DNA of 64,000 nt from Thermoplasmata archaeon (GCA_022750335.1 JAKIVX010000005.1:16119-80118); one strand, 5' to 3'; numbered from the stretch's first letter, positions 7,813 through 16,466 are shown. The notes: a model not told the origin generated them from the sequence alone. Program-made: numbers and translations.

Positions 7813-9792
7813 ATGATGGAGATGGGCGGCGTCCTTCGTCCTGGAAGATCGCGATCGGGGGTCCTTGTGACGATCGCCGCGGTCGTGCTGACCATCGCTC
7901 TTGCCCTTTCCGCACCTGGTCCACTACGGGAGCCTGGGGCGGCCCTCGGACCGGGCGGCGGCCCGCTCGTCCCGACCGGATACCATCGCGTTCCACTCGA
8001 TTCGAATGGGGTTGTTGCTTCCCAATCTGCGATCCCCAACCCGTTGCCCACGGTCTACGGCAACGCGAGTTTCGAGCTACCGGCGTTCGCGGGCCTGGCG
8101 GGGTACGTCAATGTCACCGGCGCGGACAGTGCCGAGACGAACGGCGCCCAAGTCCCGATCGTGTCCTGGACGGCGGACGGGGTGTTCTACGTCAACCTCT
8201 CGAACGATCTCGTGTTCTACAACTTCGCGACCGACACGGTGACCGAGATCGCCGCGTGGACGCCGCTCTACGAGGACCTGATGGACTACAACGGTATGGC
8301 GAACACCGAGTACATCACCCAGGACGGCACCGAGATCTACTCGATCGGGTGCCCGACCAGCTGCCAGTCCGATCCCCAGCCGGACGTCGAGGTGGAGGTC
8401 GCCAACGTGTCCACGGGCCAGGTCTGGATCTACCCATTCGTGGGCCTCACGTTCTCGACCGTCGGGGGCCTGGGAAACACCGAGAAGAATGTCCAGCCGC
8501 TGCTCATCGGTCTCAACGGGAGCGACACCGAAGCGGTGATCGTCGACGAGGAAGGGGTGATGTATGGCGTTCCGGTCGGAAGCCCTGCCAGTACCCCGCC
8601 TCGGGAACTGACGAACCTCCTCTTCTTCGAGGCCAACAATCTGGACTGGATGCCGTCCCTCAACTCCTTCATCAACGAGGAAGCCGGGGGCAGTTTGTCG
8701 GACGAATGGCAACAACTGTTGTGGAATGGACAGACCGTCACAGACGCCATGACGGGTTCCTGGGGAGCCGGGATCAAGTCCGAGTTCGCGGATGCGGGGG
8801 GGTACAACCTGACGGCCGGGCAGTGGTCGCTGACAGCGGGAAACTGCTCCGGCCGGGACGTCATCACCGGATTCATCCCGATCGTCGGGGGAGTCGCGGG
8901 CGCGTTCGAGACGTCGGGGGTTCCCGACCGGGTCAACTCCTGCCCCTACGCTCCGCCCCACCCGCCCCTGGACCCGAACGGGACGTTAGGGGTGGAAGGG
9001 GGAGGGTCCGACCGGGTCCCCATCACGGCGGCCGGCCCGTTCGTGGCCGAAGCGTGGAACAACACCTCCGCGATCCTGAACCCGGTCACGGGGGAGTGGT
9101 CGTCCCTCGGCGCCGGGGCCAACCCCGGGATCTACGGGCCGTCCGCCACCTTCAGTACGGCCAACTTGTTCCATAACGGAAGTTACCTCGTGTCTCCCCG
9201 CTCGGGGTCCTGCGAGATCACCTGTTCCCTGAGGGGGGAAGCCGGCGCGACCAACCCGGGCACCGAATGGTGGTTGTGGAACATGGCGCTGCCTGAATTC
9301 CCCTATGCACCGACCAGCCCGCTGGACGAGGGGTCGCCGCCCCCGGCTCCGGTCCTGACCCTCACGTCCACCAACGACTCCTCTGTGACCGCTTCGTGGA
9401 CCGAGAGCACCTCGGGGGGGCCGCTTCTCAACTTCACGATGTGTTGGACCGCCAACACCACCCCAGCGGTTGATTCCTGTGCGCCGCTCATGCCCTGGGC
9501 CGATTCCTACGCAGTGACCGGCCTCACTCCCGGAACCGACGTCGCCTTCTCGGTGTTCGCGTTGAACTACCACTACTTCGGGCCGCCGGCCACGGGTGCC
9601 GTATCCGTCCGGGTGGACACTCCGGGCGCGACGTTTCTCGGCCAACCCGTGTGGGAGGGGTACGGGCTCGTGGCGGCTCTCGCCGCAGGTGGGGTGGCCG
9701 CGATATGGCTCACGATCCAACGTTGGAAGTCCGGCCACCATCCCCAGCGCAGCGCGGCTGGATCGGTTCTCCGCGGGTTCTGCGGATACTGA
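7813..9792 (+). CDS. Secreted, C-terminally membrane-anchored surface glycoprotein with an FN3-like module
   Basis: The ORF 7750..9792 was trimmed to the ATG at 7813 (MMEMGGVLRPGRSRSGVLVTIAAVVLTIALAL, a signal/anchor). At least 13 N-x-S/T sequons by eye. FN3-like PPAPVLTLTSTNDSSVTASW...YAVTGLTPGTDVAFSV. C-terminal TM segment GYGLVAALAAGGVAAIWL. No family recognised for the main body. Confidence 0.6.
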   Translation: MMEMGGVLRPGRSRSGVLVTIAAVVLTIALALSAPGPLREPGAALGPGGGPLVPTGYHRVPLDSNGVVASQSAIPNPLPTVYGNASFELPAFAGLAGYVNVTGADSAETNGAQVPIVSWTADGVFYVNLSNDLVFYNFATDTVTEIAAWTPLYEDLMDYNGMANTEYITQDGTEIYSIGCPTSCQSDPQPDVEVEVANVSTGQVWIYPFVGLTFSTVGGLGNTEKNVQPLLIGLNGSDTEAVIVDEEGVMYGVPVGSPASTPPRELTNLLFFEANNLDWMPSLNSFINEEAGGSLSDEWQQLLWNGQTVTDAMTGSWGAGIKSEFADAGGYNLTAGQWSLTAGNCSGRDVITGFIPIVGGVAGAFETSGVPDRVNSCPYAPPHPPLDPNGTLGVEGGGSDRVPITAAGPFVAEAWNNTSAILNPVTGEWSSLGAGANPGIYGPSATFSTANLFHNGSYLVSPRSGSCEITCSLRGEAGATNPGTEWWLWNMALPEFPYAPTSPLDEGSPPPAPVLTLTSTNDSSVTASWTESTSGGPLLNFTMCWTANTTPAVDSCAPLMPWADSYAVTGLTPGTDVAFSVFALNYHYFGPPATGAVSVRVDTPGATFLGQPVWEGYGLVAALAAGGVAAIWLTIQRWKSGHHPQRSAAGSVLRGFCGY

Positions 9793-9943
9793 ACGAGCGG
9801 GCAGCTGCGGGCCACGACTTGGAGTCGGACCATATGGTCGCCGTTCCCCCCCGATAGGGGACTGGTCGGGTACGCGAAATCATTTGGGGGAGCAACTCGA
9901 AGAGTCGCGCAGGGGTCTATGGCGTAGAGGGGGAGCGAAGACT

Positions 9944-9960
9944 AAGCCGCGGGAGGGATT
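9944..9960. repeat. Direct repeat copy 1 (AAGCCGCGGGAGGGATT), a duplicate of the tRNA-Thr 3' end
   Basis: Exact 17-mer also present at 10749-10765. The flanks diverge immediately outside the repeat. Confidence 0.75.
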
Positions 9961-10039
9961 CGTCGTTTAGTTCAAGGGCACTGGCGATCCCCGCGGCCCG
10001 AATTCAGTCCACCCGGAAGGAAAGTGTAGGGCTGCCCAT

Positions 10040-10411
10040 TCAGAGGTACCGGACCCCGGGGAGATGTTTCAGGTCCGCATCGCTGGTGAAGAGGTCCGCG
10101 TTGTGTCGCCGGGCCGTGGCGTAGATCACGGCGTCCGAGAAGTGAAGGCCGTGTTCCAGGCTGTAATCCGCTGCGGCCAGGGCGATCTCTTGATCCACCG
10201 GCACCACGAATGTGTGCCCGAGCGCCGCCACATCTTCCAGGGCGGTGTGTTCGCCTCGGAGGGCCTTCGCCTTCTTGTAGACCTCGTAGAGGGTGACCGT
10301 CGAGGTCACGATCTGACCCGGCAGAGTCCCGTCGATCACCCGGTTGTACTGACCCTGCTTCGGCCCCCCACCAAATCGCTCAATCCAGCCATAGCTGTCG
10401 ATCGAGATCAC
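10040..10411 (-). CDS. vapC: PIN domain ribonuclease toxin VapC
   Basis: 123 aa. N-terminal acidic Asp (MISIDSYGW), central E..D pattern, C-terminal FTSDADL. It lies 15 nt downstream of an AbrB-type antitoxin gene. Confidence 0.85.
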   Translation of the reverse strand: MISIDSYGWIERFGGGPKQGQYNRVIDGTLPGQIVTSTVTLYEVYKKAKALRGEHTALEDVAALGHTFVVPVDQEIALAAADYSLEHGLHFSDAVIYATARRHNADLFTSDADLKHLPGVRYL

Positions 10412-10426
10412 CGTTTCTCACGGCTC

Positions 10427-10645
10427 CTAGAAACGATCGTGTTTGTCGCGTAGGCCCTTGGTTTCCAAACCGGGCGTCATTCCCTTGGTCTGTTCGAAGG
10501 GGCGTATCGGGACGTAGTGCAGAATACCATGCTTCACGATGACGGCCATCTTGTCCCCGGCCCGGATGTGGAATTCCTCGCGAACTCGCTCGGGAATCAC
10601 CACTTGGTACTTCTGCGAAACCGTCACAGTATCCATCAATACCAT
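10427..10645 (-). CDS. vapB: AbrB/MazE/SpoVT family antitoxin VapB
   Basis: 72 aa. SpoVT/AbrB swapped-hairpin motif TVSQKYQVVIPERVREEFHIRAGDKMAV. Confidence 0.8.
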   Translation of the reverse strand: MVLMDTVTVSQKYQVVIPERVREEFHIRAGDKMAVIVKHGILHYVPIRPFEQTKGMTPGLETKGLRDKHDRF

Positions 10646-10748
10646 CTCAGGTAGACGATAGGGTGATCGATATATCTACCTTACCACGCCCCTTGTATCG
10701 ATAGGGCTGCCCAGCGACCATTGCCCCCGCCAATCCGAGGGCGCCCCG

Positions 10749-10765
10749 AAGCCGCGGGAGGGATT
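10749..10765. repeat. Direct repeat copy 2 (AAGCCGCGGGAGGGATT) inside the 3' end of tRNA-Thr
   Basis: Covers one flanking base, the discriminator, the 3' acceptor strand and the first T-stem bases of the minus-strand tRNA-Thr. Confidence 0.75.
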
Positions 10766-10822
10766 TGAACCCTCGACCTGCTCCTTACCAAGGAGCCGCT
10801 CTGCCAGCTGAGCCACCGCGGC
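10750..10822 (-). tRNA. tRNA-Thr(GGU)
   Basis: Hand-folded cloverleaf: GCCGCGG-TG-GCTC-AGCTGGCA-GAGC-G-GCTCC-TTGGTAA-GGAGC-AGGTC-GAGGG-TTCAAAT-CCCTC-CCGCGGC-T. 73 nt, no encoded CCA. Confidence 0.9.
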
Positions 10823-10823
10823 G

Positions 10824-11726
10824 TCAGTCTCGACCCGACGCCTCGTCCCTTTTCCGCTTTCCGCCCGCCTCGATCCCACCCGTGGGCCCGTCCCCCCGTG
10901 CCCAGGGGAACCCTGCGGAGTGTTCGGACCACCCCGTGCGATCGTGCGATGGGGCGACTCTCTTCTCGAGAAAGGCCTTCATCCCCTCCCTTTGATCCGA
11001 CGTTCCGAACAACCGAGCCCAGAGTTCAAGCTCGTACGCCAGGTCCTCGTCGAGGTGGGAATCGACGGCGCGGAGGACCTCGTACTTTGCGGCGGCCAGC
11101 GCCAGCGGAGGCTTGGTCGCGAGTTCGGTCGCAAGGGCATGTGCGGCCGTCAAGAGTTCTTCCCGTGGAACCACCTGGTCGATCCATCCCTGCGAGCAGG
11201 CCTCCTCGGCGAGGACCGAACGGCCGGTGTAGATCCATCGTCGAGCGCGGGCGGCACCGATTCGTCGGGGCAGGCGTTGGGAGCCGCCCCAGCCGGGCGT
11301 GACGCCAAGGTTGATCTCCGGCTGTCCGAACTGGGCGTCCGGCGTCGCGATCACAAAGTCGCAGGAGAGGGCGATCTCGCAACCTCCCCCCAGACACACT
11401 CCGTGGACCGCGGCGATGACCGGCAGCGGAAGCCGTTCGATGCGTCGGGTGACGGCCTGTCCTCTCGCTCCGTGGACCTGGGCTTCCTCCGGACCCATCG
11501 GAGCCATCTCCCGGATGTCCGCCCCCGCGGCGAAGGCCTTCGCGGCCGCACTGGCCAGGATCACCACGCGAACGGCGGGGTCGGCTTCGGCCTCGTCCAA
11601 TCGGACCAGGAGCGCTTCCAGGACGGCTCGCGAGAGCACGTTGACAGGCGGGTGGTCCAGCGTGAGGACGAGCGTCGGTCCCGAGCGCTCGGACCGAACG
11701 AGGGAAGGAGCGGAACCCGCGGACAT
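10824..11726 (-). CDS. Enoyl-CoA hydratase/isomerase (crotonase) family protein
   Basis: 300 aa. Motifs FAAGADIREM, AAVHGVCLGGGCE and EGMKAFLEKR. The roughly 40-aa C-terminal tail has no family resemblance and ends 1 nt before tRNA-Thr. Confidence 0.85.
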   Translation of the reverse strand: MSAGSAPSLVRSERSGPTLVLTLDHPPVNVLSRAVLEALLVRLDEAEADPAVRVVILASAAAKAFAAGADIREMAPMGPEEAQVHGARGQAVTRRIERLPLPVIAAVHGVCLGGGCEIALSCDFVIATPDAQFGQPEINLGVTPGWGGSQRLPRRIGAARARRWIYTGRSVLAEEACSQGWIDQVVPREELLTAAHALATELATKPPLALAAAKYEVLRAVDSHLDEDLAYELELWARLFGTSDQREGMKAFLEKRVAPSHDRTGWSEHSAGFPWARGDGPTGGIEAGGKRKRDEASGRD

Positions 11727-11844
11727 GACGACGGTCGAGCCGAGCCGGTCTATTTATGCGCGACGGCCTGACGACGTACGTGGCGGCTGCCTCTCGCTAC
11801 GGTCATCGAGTCGAGGGACCGGATTCCCCGGCAGGAGGGTGAGG

Positions 11845-12891
11845 ATGACGATCGCCTTCGTCAGTACCTGGTTCGGCGCCTTCCTGGTGGAGGACGGTCG
11901 AGTCCTCCAGGCCGTACCGTCCCCACTCGACCCGGCGTCCCTCTCCGAGCGGTCCGCCCGTCGACGTACAGGCGGATTGACCCCGGAGGAAGAGGAGCTG
12001 CTGAGGACCCGTGGATCGGCGGACTGGGTCACCCGGGACCGCCGTCTGGCCGAGCAGGGACTCCGATTTGACCCCCACTCGGACGCGGCGATCGATGCGA
12101 CCGCCTCCGGGGTCGACCCGACGCTCCAGCGAACCCAGTTGTTGACCGAAGCGGAACGCGCCCTGGAGGTCCAATGGGACCCAAGCATTCACGTCCAGGA
12201 GGCCGTGCGCGCGGCCGCCGACCTGGATCGCGTCCGGAACCTGATCGGAGAGCGTCTTGGGACCTGGGTCTCCCGAGACCGCCCCGACATCGACCCGGGC
12301 GACCACGATCGGGCCGCTCGGGAAGCGATGGCTCCCGAGACCCCCTCGACCCTCTCTCCTCGGGACCCCTCGCTGACGGAGGCGCGGCGAAAACTCGCCG
12401 AACTCTTCCGGGCGGTGGAAGGGGCCCGGCATTCCCTCACCAAGGCGATCGAGGCCACGGCACCGGTTCGCGCTCCGAACGTGTCGGCGCTGCTGGGCCC
12501 CGAGCTGTCGGCTCGAATGATCGCCCAGGCGGGCGGCCTCGAGCGGCTCGCCCGACTCCCCTCGAGCACCGTGCAGGTCCTGGGAGCCGAGCGGGCGTTC
12601 TTCGAACACCTGCGGGGTCATGCCCCACCCCCTCGGCACGGCCTGCTGTTCCTCCATCCGGCGATCCAGTCCGCTCCGAAGTTCGAGAGGGGAAAACTCG
12701 CCCGGGCGTTGGCCGGCAAGGTGTCGATCGCGGCCCGGCTGGACGTGGCGGGCGCCCCGATCCACCCTGAGCTCGCTCAGGCGTTCGACGCGCGCCGCAG
12801 CGTCCTCAAGGCGCGTCGAGGCGTCCCGCGCCGGCCGCCGCGGCCCCGTCCGTCAGGGCTTCCACTTAACCGTGCAGCCCGCGACCGTTAG
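11845..12891 (+). CDS. C/D box sRNP core protein Nop5 (Nop56/58 family)
   Basis: The ORF 11299..12891 was trimmed to the ATG at 11845 (MTIAFVSTWFGAFLVEDG), preceded by GGAGGGTGAGG. Nop domain: LLGPELSARMIAQAGGLERLARLPSSTVQVLGAERAFF...GKLARALAGKVSIAARLD. Confidence 0.85.
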   Translation: MTIAFVSTWFGAFLVEDGRVLQAVPSPLDPASLSERSARRRTGGLTPEEEELLRTRGSADWVTRDRRLAEQGLRFDPHSDAAIDATASGVDPTLQRTQLLTEAERALEVQWDPSIHVQEAVRAAADLDRVRNLIGERLGTWVSRDRPDIDPGDHDRAAREAMAPETPSTLSPRDPSLTEARRKLAELFRAVEGARHSLTKAIEATAPVRAPNVSALLGPELSARMIAQAGGLERLARLPSSTVQVLGAERAFFEHLRGHAPPPRHGLLFLHPAIQSAPKFERGKLARALAGKVSIAARLDVAGAPIHPELAQAFDARRSVLKARRGVPRRPPRPRPSGLPLNRAARDR

Positions 12892-13404
12892 CTGGGCGGG
12901 TACGACCGGGGTGTGGGCCAGCGCCTGGTCGAGCGCGCGTTCGAGGTACTTCTCGTTCGCGTGCTCGGGGTGCTGGTGGTCGTTGTCGATCCGCCCCTGG
13001 AAGAGCAGGGTCCGGTCGGGGCCGAAGAGCATCGGATGCGGGGTCACGAGGGCCCCGTACGCGTGAGCGGTCGCCTGGGACTCGTCCGCGAGGTAGGGGA
13101 ACGGGTAGCCCTTGTCGTGCGCGCGCCGGACCATTGCGTCCATCCGATCCTCCGGGTAGGCCCGGGCGTCGTTGGAGTTGATGAGGACGACCCCGACGCC
13201 CTTGGGGGCATACCGCCGGCCGATATCGACCATGCGACTTTCCCACGCTTGGACGTACGGACAGTGGTTGCACCAGAACACGACGGCCAAGTACGGGAAT
13301 TTCTCAAAGTCGGCGAGCCGGTAGGTCTTCCCGTCGACCCCCGGGAGTTGAAAATCCGGTGCGGGGTCGCCCGGACGAAGCTTGTACTCGCTCAATTCAG
13401 CCAT
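12853..13404 (-). CDS. Thioredoxin-fold redoxin (AhpC/TSA-like thiol-disulfide oxidoreductase)
   Basis: 183 aa. Motif FWCNHCPYV (CxxC). Its 3' end overlaps the Nop5 3' end convergently by 39 nt. Confidence 0.8.
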   Translation of the reverse strand: MAELSEYKLRPGDPAPDFQLPGVDGKTYRLADFEKFPYLAVVFWCNHCPYVQAWESRMVDIGRRYAPKGVGVVLINSNDARAYPEDRMDAMVRRAHDKGYPFPYLADESQATAHAYGALVTPHPMLFGPDRTLLFQGRIDNDHQHPEHANEKYLERALDQALAHTPVVPAQLTVAGCTVKWKP

Positions 13405-13478
13405 GACCGTCCGACGGTCAGGGGGTCTTTACTGTTTAGAGGCCATGGAAGCTGGCCGCTGGCCGAGGCACCGGGGAA

Positions 13479-14147
13479 TTGACTTCGTGGTCCGTGCGCG
13501 TGGACGCTCCGGCCTCGTTCGCAGAGGTACTGCGGACCGAGGAGGTTCTCCTGCGCCGCGGTGCGCCGGCTATTCACGTCGCCGTGATGGAGGGGACCAC
13601 CGTCTCCTACGGGGTGGGGGTCCCCGAGTCGGCGCCCTACCTCTCCTCGGCGCACCGCCACGGGATTCCTGCAACGCGGCGGAGTTCCGGGGGCACGGGG
13701 GTGCTCCACCTCCCGGGCGACCTCGTCTGGGCCGTCATCCTCCCGAGGTCCGACCCCCGCGTTGGCCGGGATTTCACACGAGCGTACGCGCGCTTGGGCG
13801 CCGGCCTTGTGACCGCGCTCGCCTACCATGGGGTGGAGGCCACCTGGGAGCCGGCCCCTGGCCTTTCGGATGAATATTGCCCGCTCGGATCGCGGGGCGA
13901 GGTGTTGGCGGTGGGGGGTCGCGTGGTGGGTGCGGCGGCCCAGCACCTGTCGGGAACGGCGCTTCTTCATCAGGGGACCCTCTCGCTCGACGTCGACCGC
14001 GACCTCGTGCGCGACTTGTTCGGGTTTCCGGACGACTCCCTGGCCCATCACCTCGCGAGCGTGGCGGAGTTCGGAGTTCGGGCGCACCCGAAGGCACTGG
14101 CTGAGGGCGTGTCCGAGGCCTTGGTCGCTGCCCTCGGGCCGCCCTGA
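13479..14147 (+). CDS. Lipoate-protein ligase / BPL-LPL catalytic domain protein
   Basis: 222 aa, TTG start in the track. Motifs RRSSGGTGVLH, VGGRVVGAAAQHLSGTALLHQGTLSLD, typical of LplA/LipM-type catalytic domains. Confidence 0.7.
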   Translation: MTSWSVRVDAPASFAEVLRTEEVLLRRGAPAIHVAVMEGTTVSYGVGVPESAPYLSSAHRHGIPATRRSSGGTGVLHLPGDLVWAVILPRSDPRVGRDFTRAYARLGAGLVTALAYHGVEATWEPAPGLSDEYCPLGSRGEVLAVGGRVVGAAAQHLSGTALLHQGTLSLDVDRDLVRDLFGFPDDSLAHHLASVAEFGVRAHPKALAEGVSEALVAALGPP

Positions 14148-14157
14148 CCGGAACGTT

Positions 14158-15471
14158 TTAGCGCGGTCGCTCGGCCCAGAGGCGGTCGGCGACGGCTTCG
14201 AGGTCCCGACGGATCGTCTCCCAATCCCCCCGGACCAGTCGGCGGTGCTCCACCACGCACTCGCCGTCGACGTAGACGGAGTCGATCGCCTCGTCGGCCG
14301 CCGAGTAGGCGAGGTGGGAAACGATCGCCTCGGGCCGGGCGGGCTGCAGCGTCGGATGGTCGAGCCGAACGAGTGAGAAATCGGCCCGTTTTCCGACCTC
14401 GACCGACCCGAGGCTTGCCTCCTGACCCATCGCCCGGGCGCCCTCCAGGGTCGCGAGGTCGAGGAGCTCCTGGGCGGGGAGGGCACCGGCGTCCCAGCGG
14501 TGGTTCTTCTGGACGAGCCCTGCGATGTGGATCTCCCGGAGCATGGAGAGGGAGTTGTTCGACGCGACCGAGTCGGTCCCGAGACCGACCGGGACGCCCG
14601 CCGCCCGGAGCTCGACGACCGGCGCGACGCCCCCGGAGGCCAGCTTGAGGTTCGAGCTCATGCAGTGGGCGACCCCGACCCCCGCGCGAGCGAGTCGCGC
14701 GATCTCGCCCCCGGTCAGCCAGACGGCGTGGGCCGCGACCTGGTGGGGGCCCAGGAATCCGATCTCGTCCAGCCAGTCGGCCGGTCGCCGGCCGGTCTTG
14801 GTTTCGTGCTCCGCGACCTCCTTGCGGGTCTCGGACAGGTGGTAGTGCACGAGCGTGCTCTCCCGTCGGGCGAGGTCGCGGGACCCGAGCCAGGTCTCGG
14901 CGTTGCACACATAGACTCCTTGGGGCGCCACGAGCGGAGTGACCCGTTCGTGCCCCTTCCAACGGCCGATGAAGGCGGCAGCGTTGTCGAGCGGGCGGCC
15001 CTTCTGCGTCGTCATCTCGGGGTCGAGGACCGCCCAGCCGAGGAACCCCCGGGCGCCGAGCTGGTCGACCGCGCGCGCGACGGCGTCCTGGAAGTAGTAG
15101 AGGTCGAGGAAGGAGGTGGTCCCTCCGAGCAGCATCTCCGCGATCCCGGCGCGCGCCCCCACTTCTACGTCCGCCTCGGTCCGGTGGGCGTCGACCGCGA
15201 AGAGGGTCTCGAGGAACGCCGCGAGGTCCCGATCGTCGGCGATCGCACGGAGCGGATGCATGGCGACATGCGTGTGCAGGTTCACGAACCCCGGAACGAG
15301 CGCGAACCCATGCGCGTCCACGACCTCCGCCCCCTCCGTCGGGGCGTGGGTTCCGACGTGCGTGAAGCGACCGAGCTCGACTCGGATGTCCATCCGACCC
15401 ACGGACCGGGCGGGATCCTGGCTCACGACGAGGGCGTCCCGGAACACGCGGGGAGGCGCGGGGTCGCTCAC
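14158..15471 (-). CDS. Amidohydrolase, MTA/SAH (or related nucleoside) deaminase-like
   Basis: The ORF 14158..15696 was trimmed to the GTG at 15471, which overlaps the upstream stop as GTGA. Motifs VNLHTHVAMH, HAVWL and GTDS, typical of the MtaD/DadD/SsnA-type metal-dependent hydrolase family. Confidence 0.8.
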   Translation of the reverse strand: MSDPAPPRVFRDALVVSQDPARSVGRMDIRVELGRFTHVGTHAPTEGAEVVDAHGFALVPGFVNLHTHVAMHPLRAIADDRDLAAFLETLFAVDAHRTEADVEVGARAGIAEMLLGGTTSFLDLYYFQDAVARAVDQLGARGFLGWAVLDPEMTTQKGRPLDNAAAFIGRWKGHERVTPLVAPQGVYVCNAETWLGSRDLARRESTLVHYHLSETRKEVAEHETKTGRRPADWLDEIGFLGPHQVAAHAVWLTGGEIARLARAGVGVAHCMSSNLKLASGGVAPVVELRAAGVPVGLGTDSVASNNSLSMLREIHIAGLVQKNHRWDAGALPAQELLDLATLEGARAMGQEASLGSVEVGKRADFSLVRLDHPTLQPARPEAIVSHLAYSAADEAIDSVYVDGECVVEHRRLVRGDWETIRRDLEAVADRLWAERPR

Positions 15472-16466
15472 GAAGATCCCCGCGTCCGGGGTTGCGTGGT
15501 CCCGTCGCCCGCGAGGGGCTGATCGGCCTGCGAGGGAGCGACCTCCGGGAGGTCGCCGATCCCCTCTCGGGTCCGGGCCTCGATGGAACCGAGTCCGCGC
15601 AGCATCCCGCGTACCCACGGGCGGCTGAAGACGAGGACGAGGGGAAGGGTCGCGAGCAGGATGAGGATGACGTCGACCCAAAGGCCCGGCACCCAACCGG
15701 CGGAGGGCATGCCGAGGATCGTGGCGGCGGTGTTGGGGATGAGGACGACCACGCTCACCAGGGCGAGGACGAGCGCGACGTAGGCGATCCCGAGCATCCG
15801 GATGTTCGAGGTGTTCGCGACCGCGGCGATCTGGTTCGAGACCACTCCGAGGCGGTTCGTCGCTTCCGACAGCCGGTTCGACTCGGCGGCGTTCCGGAGA
15901 GCGAGTAGGTCCCGGATCGTCTGACCGATTCCCCCCGAGTACTCCTCGAGGTGGGCGAGTTCCGCCTGGATGCGGGGGAGCGCCTTCTCGAGGCCGGGGA
16001 ACCGTTCCCCGAGCGGGCCGTCCAATTCCTGGACCGCGACCGAGAACCGTCCGAGCGATTTCCGGAGGTCGCGGTAGGTCCAGTGGAGCCGACCGATTTC
16101 CGCGAGCGAGATCGACTCCCAGCGGTCCTCCACTCCGTCCACCAATTCCGCGATGGCCTCGAGCCGTTCGATGTACGACCGCGCGGCGGCCTGGAGCAGG
16201 TTCACGAGGTTGGCCGTCGGGTCGCGGAGGTGGAGTCCCTCCGTGAGCAGGCTGGCGGGAGCGGGCGGTCCAAGGCGGCGGATCCCATCGCTCGATACCC
16301 AGAGACCGAGAGGAGTCGCGACCCCGCCGGCGTCGAGCGTGGTCACGAGGAGGACGGTCCCGCCGGCCCCGCGCAGGACCGGTCGGAGCGGTAGGGTCGG
16401 GCCGGTGTGGCCCACGGCCCGGAGCGCGTCGGAGATCGCCGCCGTAGTGTCGGGGGGGTCTGACAC
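15468..16466 (-). CDS. CorA-like divalent cation transporter family protein with GMN replaced by GMP
   Basis: 332 aa. A long soluble helical domain is followed by two C-terminal TM helices, with ILGMPSAG in the position of the CorA YGMNF loop. Confidence 0.5.
   Translation of the reverse strand: MSDPPDTTAAISDALRAVGHTGPTLPLRPVLRGAGGTVLLVTTLDAGGVATPLGLWVSSDGIRRLGPPAPASLLTEGLHLRDPTANLVNLLQAAARSYIERLEAIAELVDGVEDRWESISLAEIGRLHWTYRDLRKSLGRFSVAVQELDGPLGERFPGLEKALPRIQAELAHLEEYSGGIGQTIRDLLALRNAAESNRLSEATNRLGVVSNQIAAVANTSNIRMLGIAYVALVLALVSVVVLIPNTAATILGMPSAGWVPGLWVDVILILLATLPLVLVFSRPWVRGMLRGLGSIEARTREGIGDLPEVAPSQADQPLAGDGTTQPRTRGSS

Noticed and set aside
7750-7830. GUGAUGA (C-box-like) and other UGAUGA occurrences (7750, 39206, 47390) as C/D box sRNAs near or away from nop5.
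   Set aside because: No appropriately spaced CUGA D or D' boxes or terminal stems could be found.
11299-11844. N-terminal extensions of track ORFs: 11299 for Nop5, 14158..15696 for the amidohydrolase, 19049 for pdxT, 18930 for hmgA, 42142..43305 for SRPBCC and 961 for the binding protein.
   Set aside because: The extensions overlap neighbouring genes, look non-coding and precede a start codon that matches the family N-terminus, often with a 4-nt stop/start overlap. They were trimmed.
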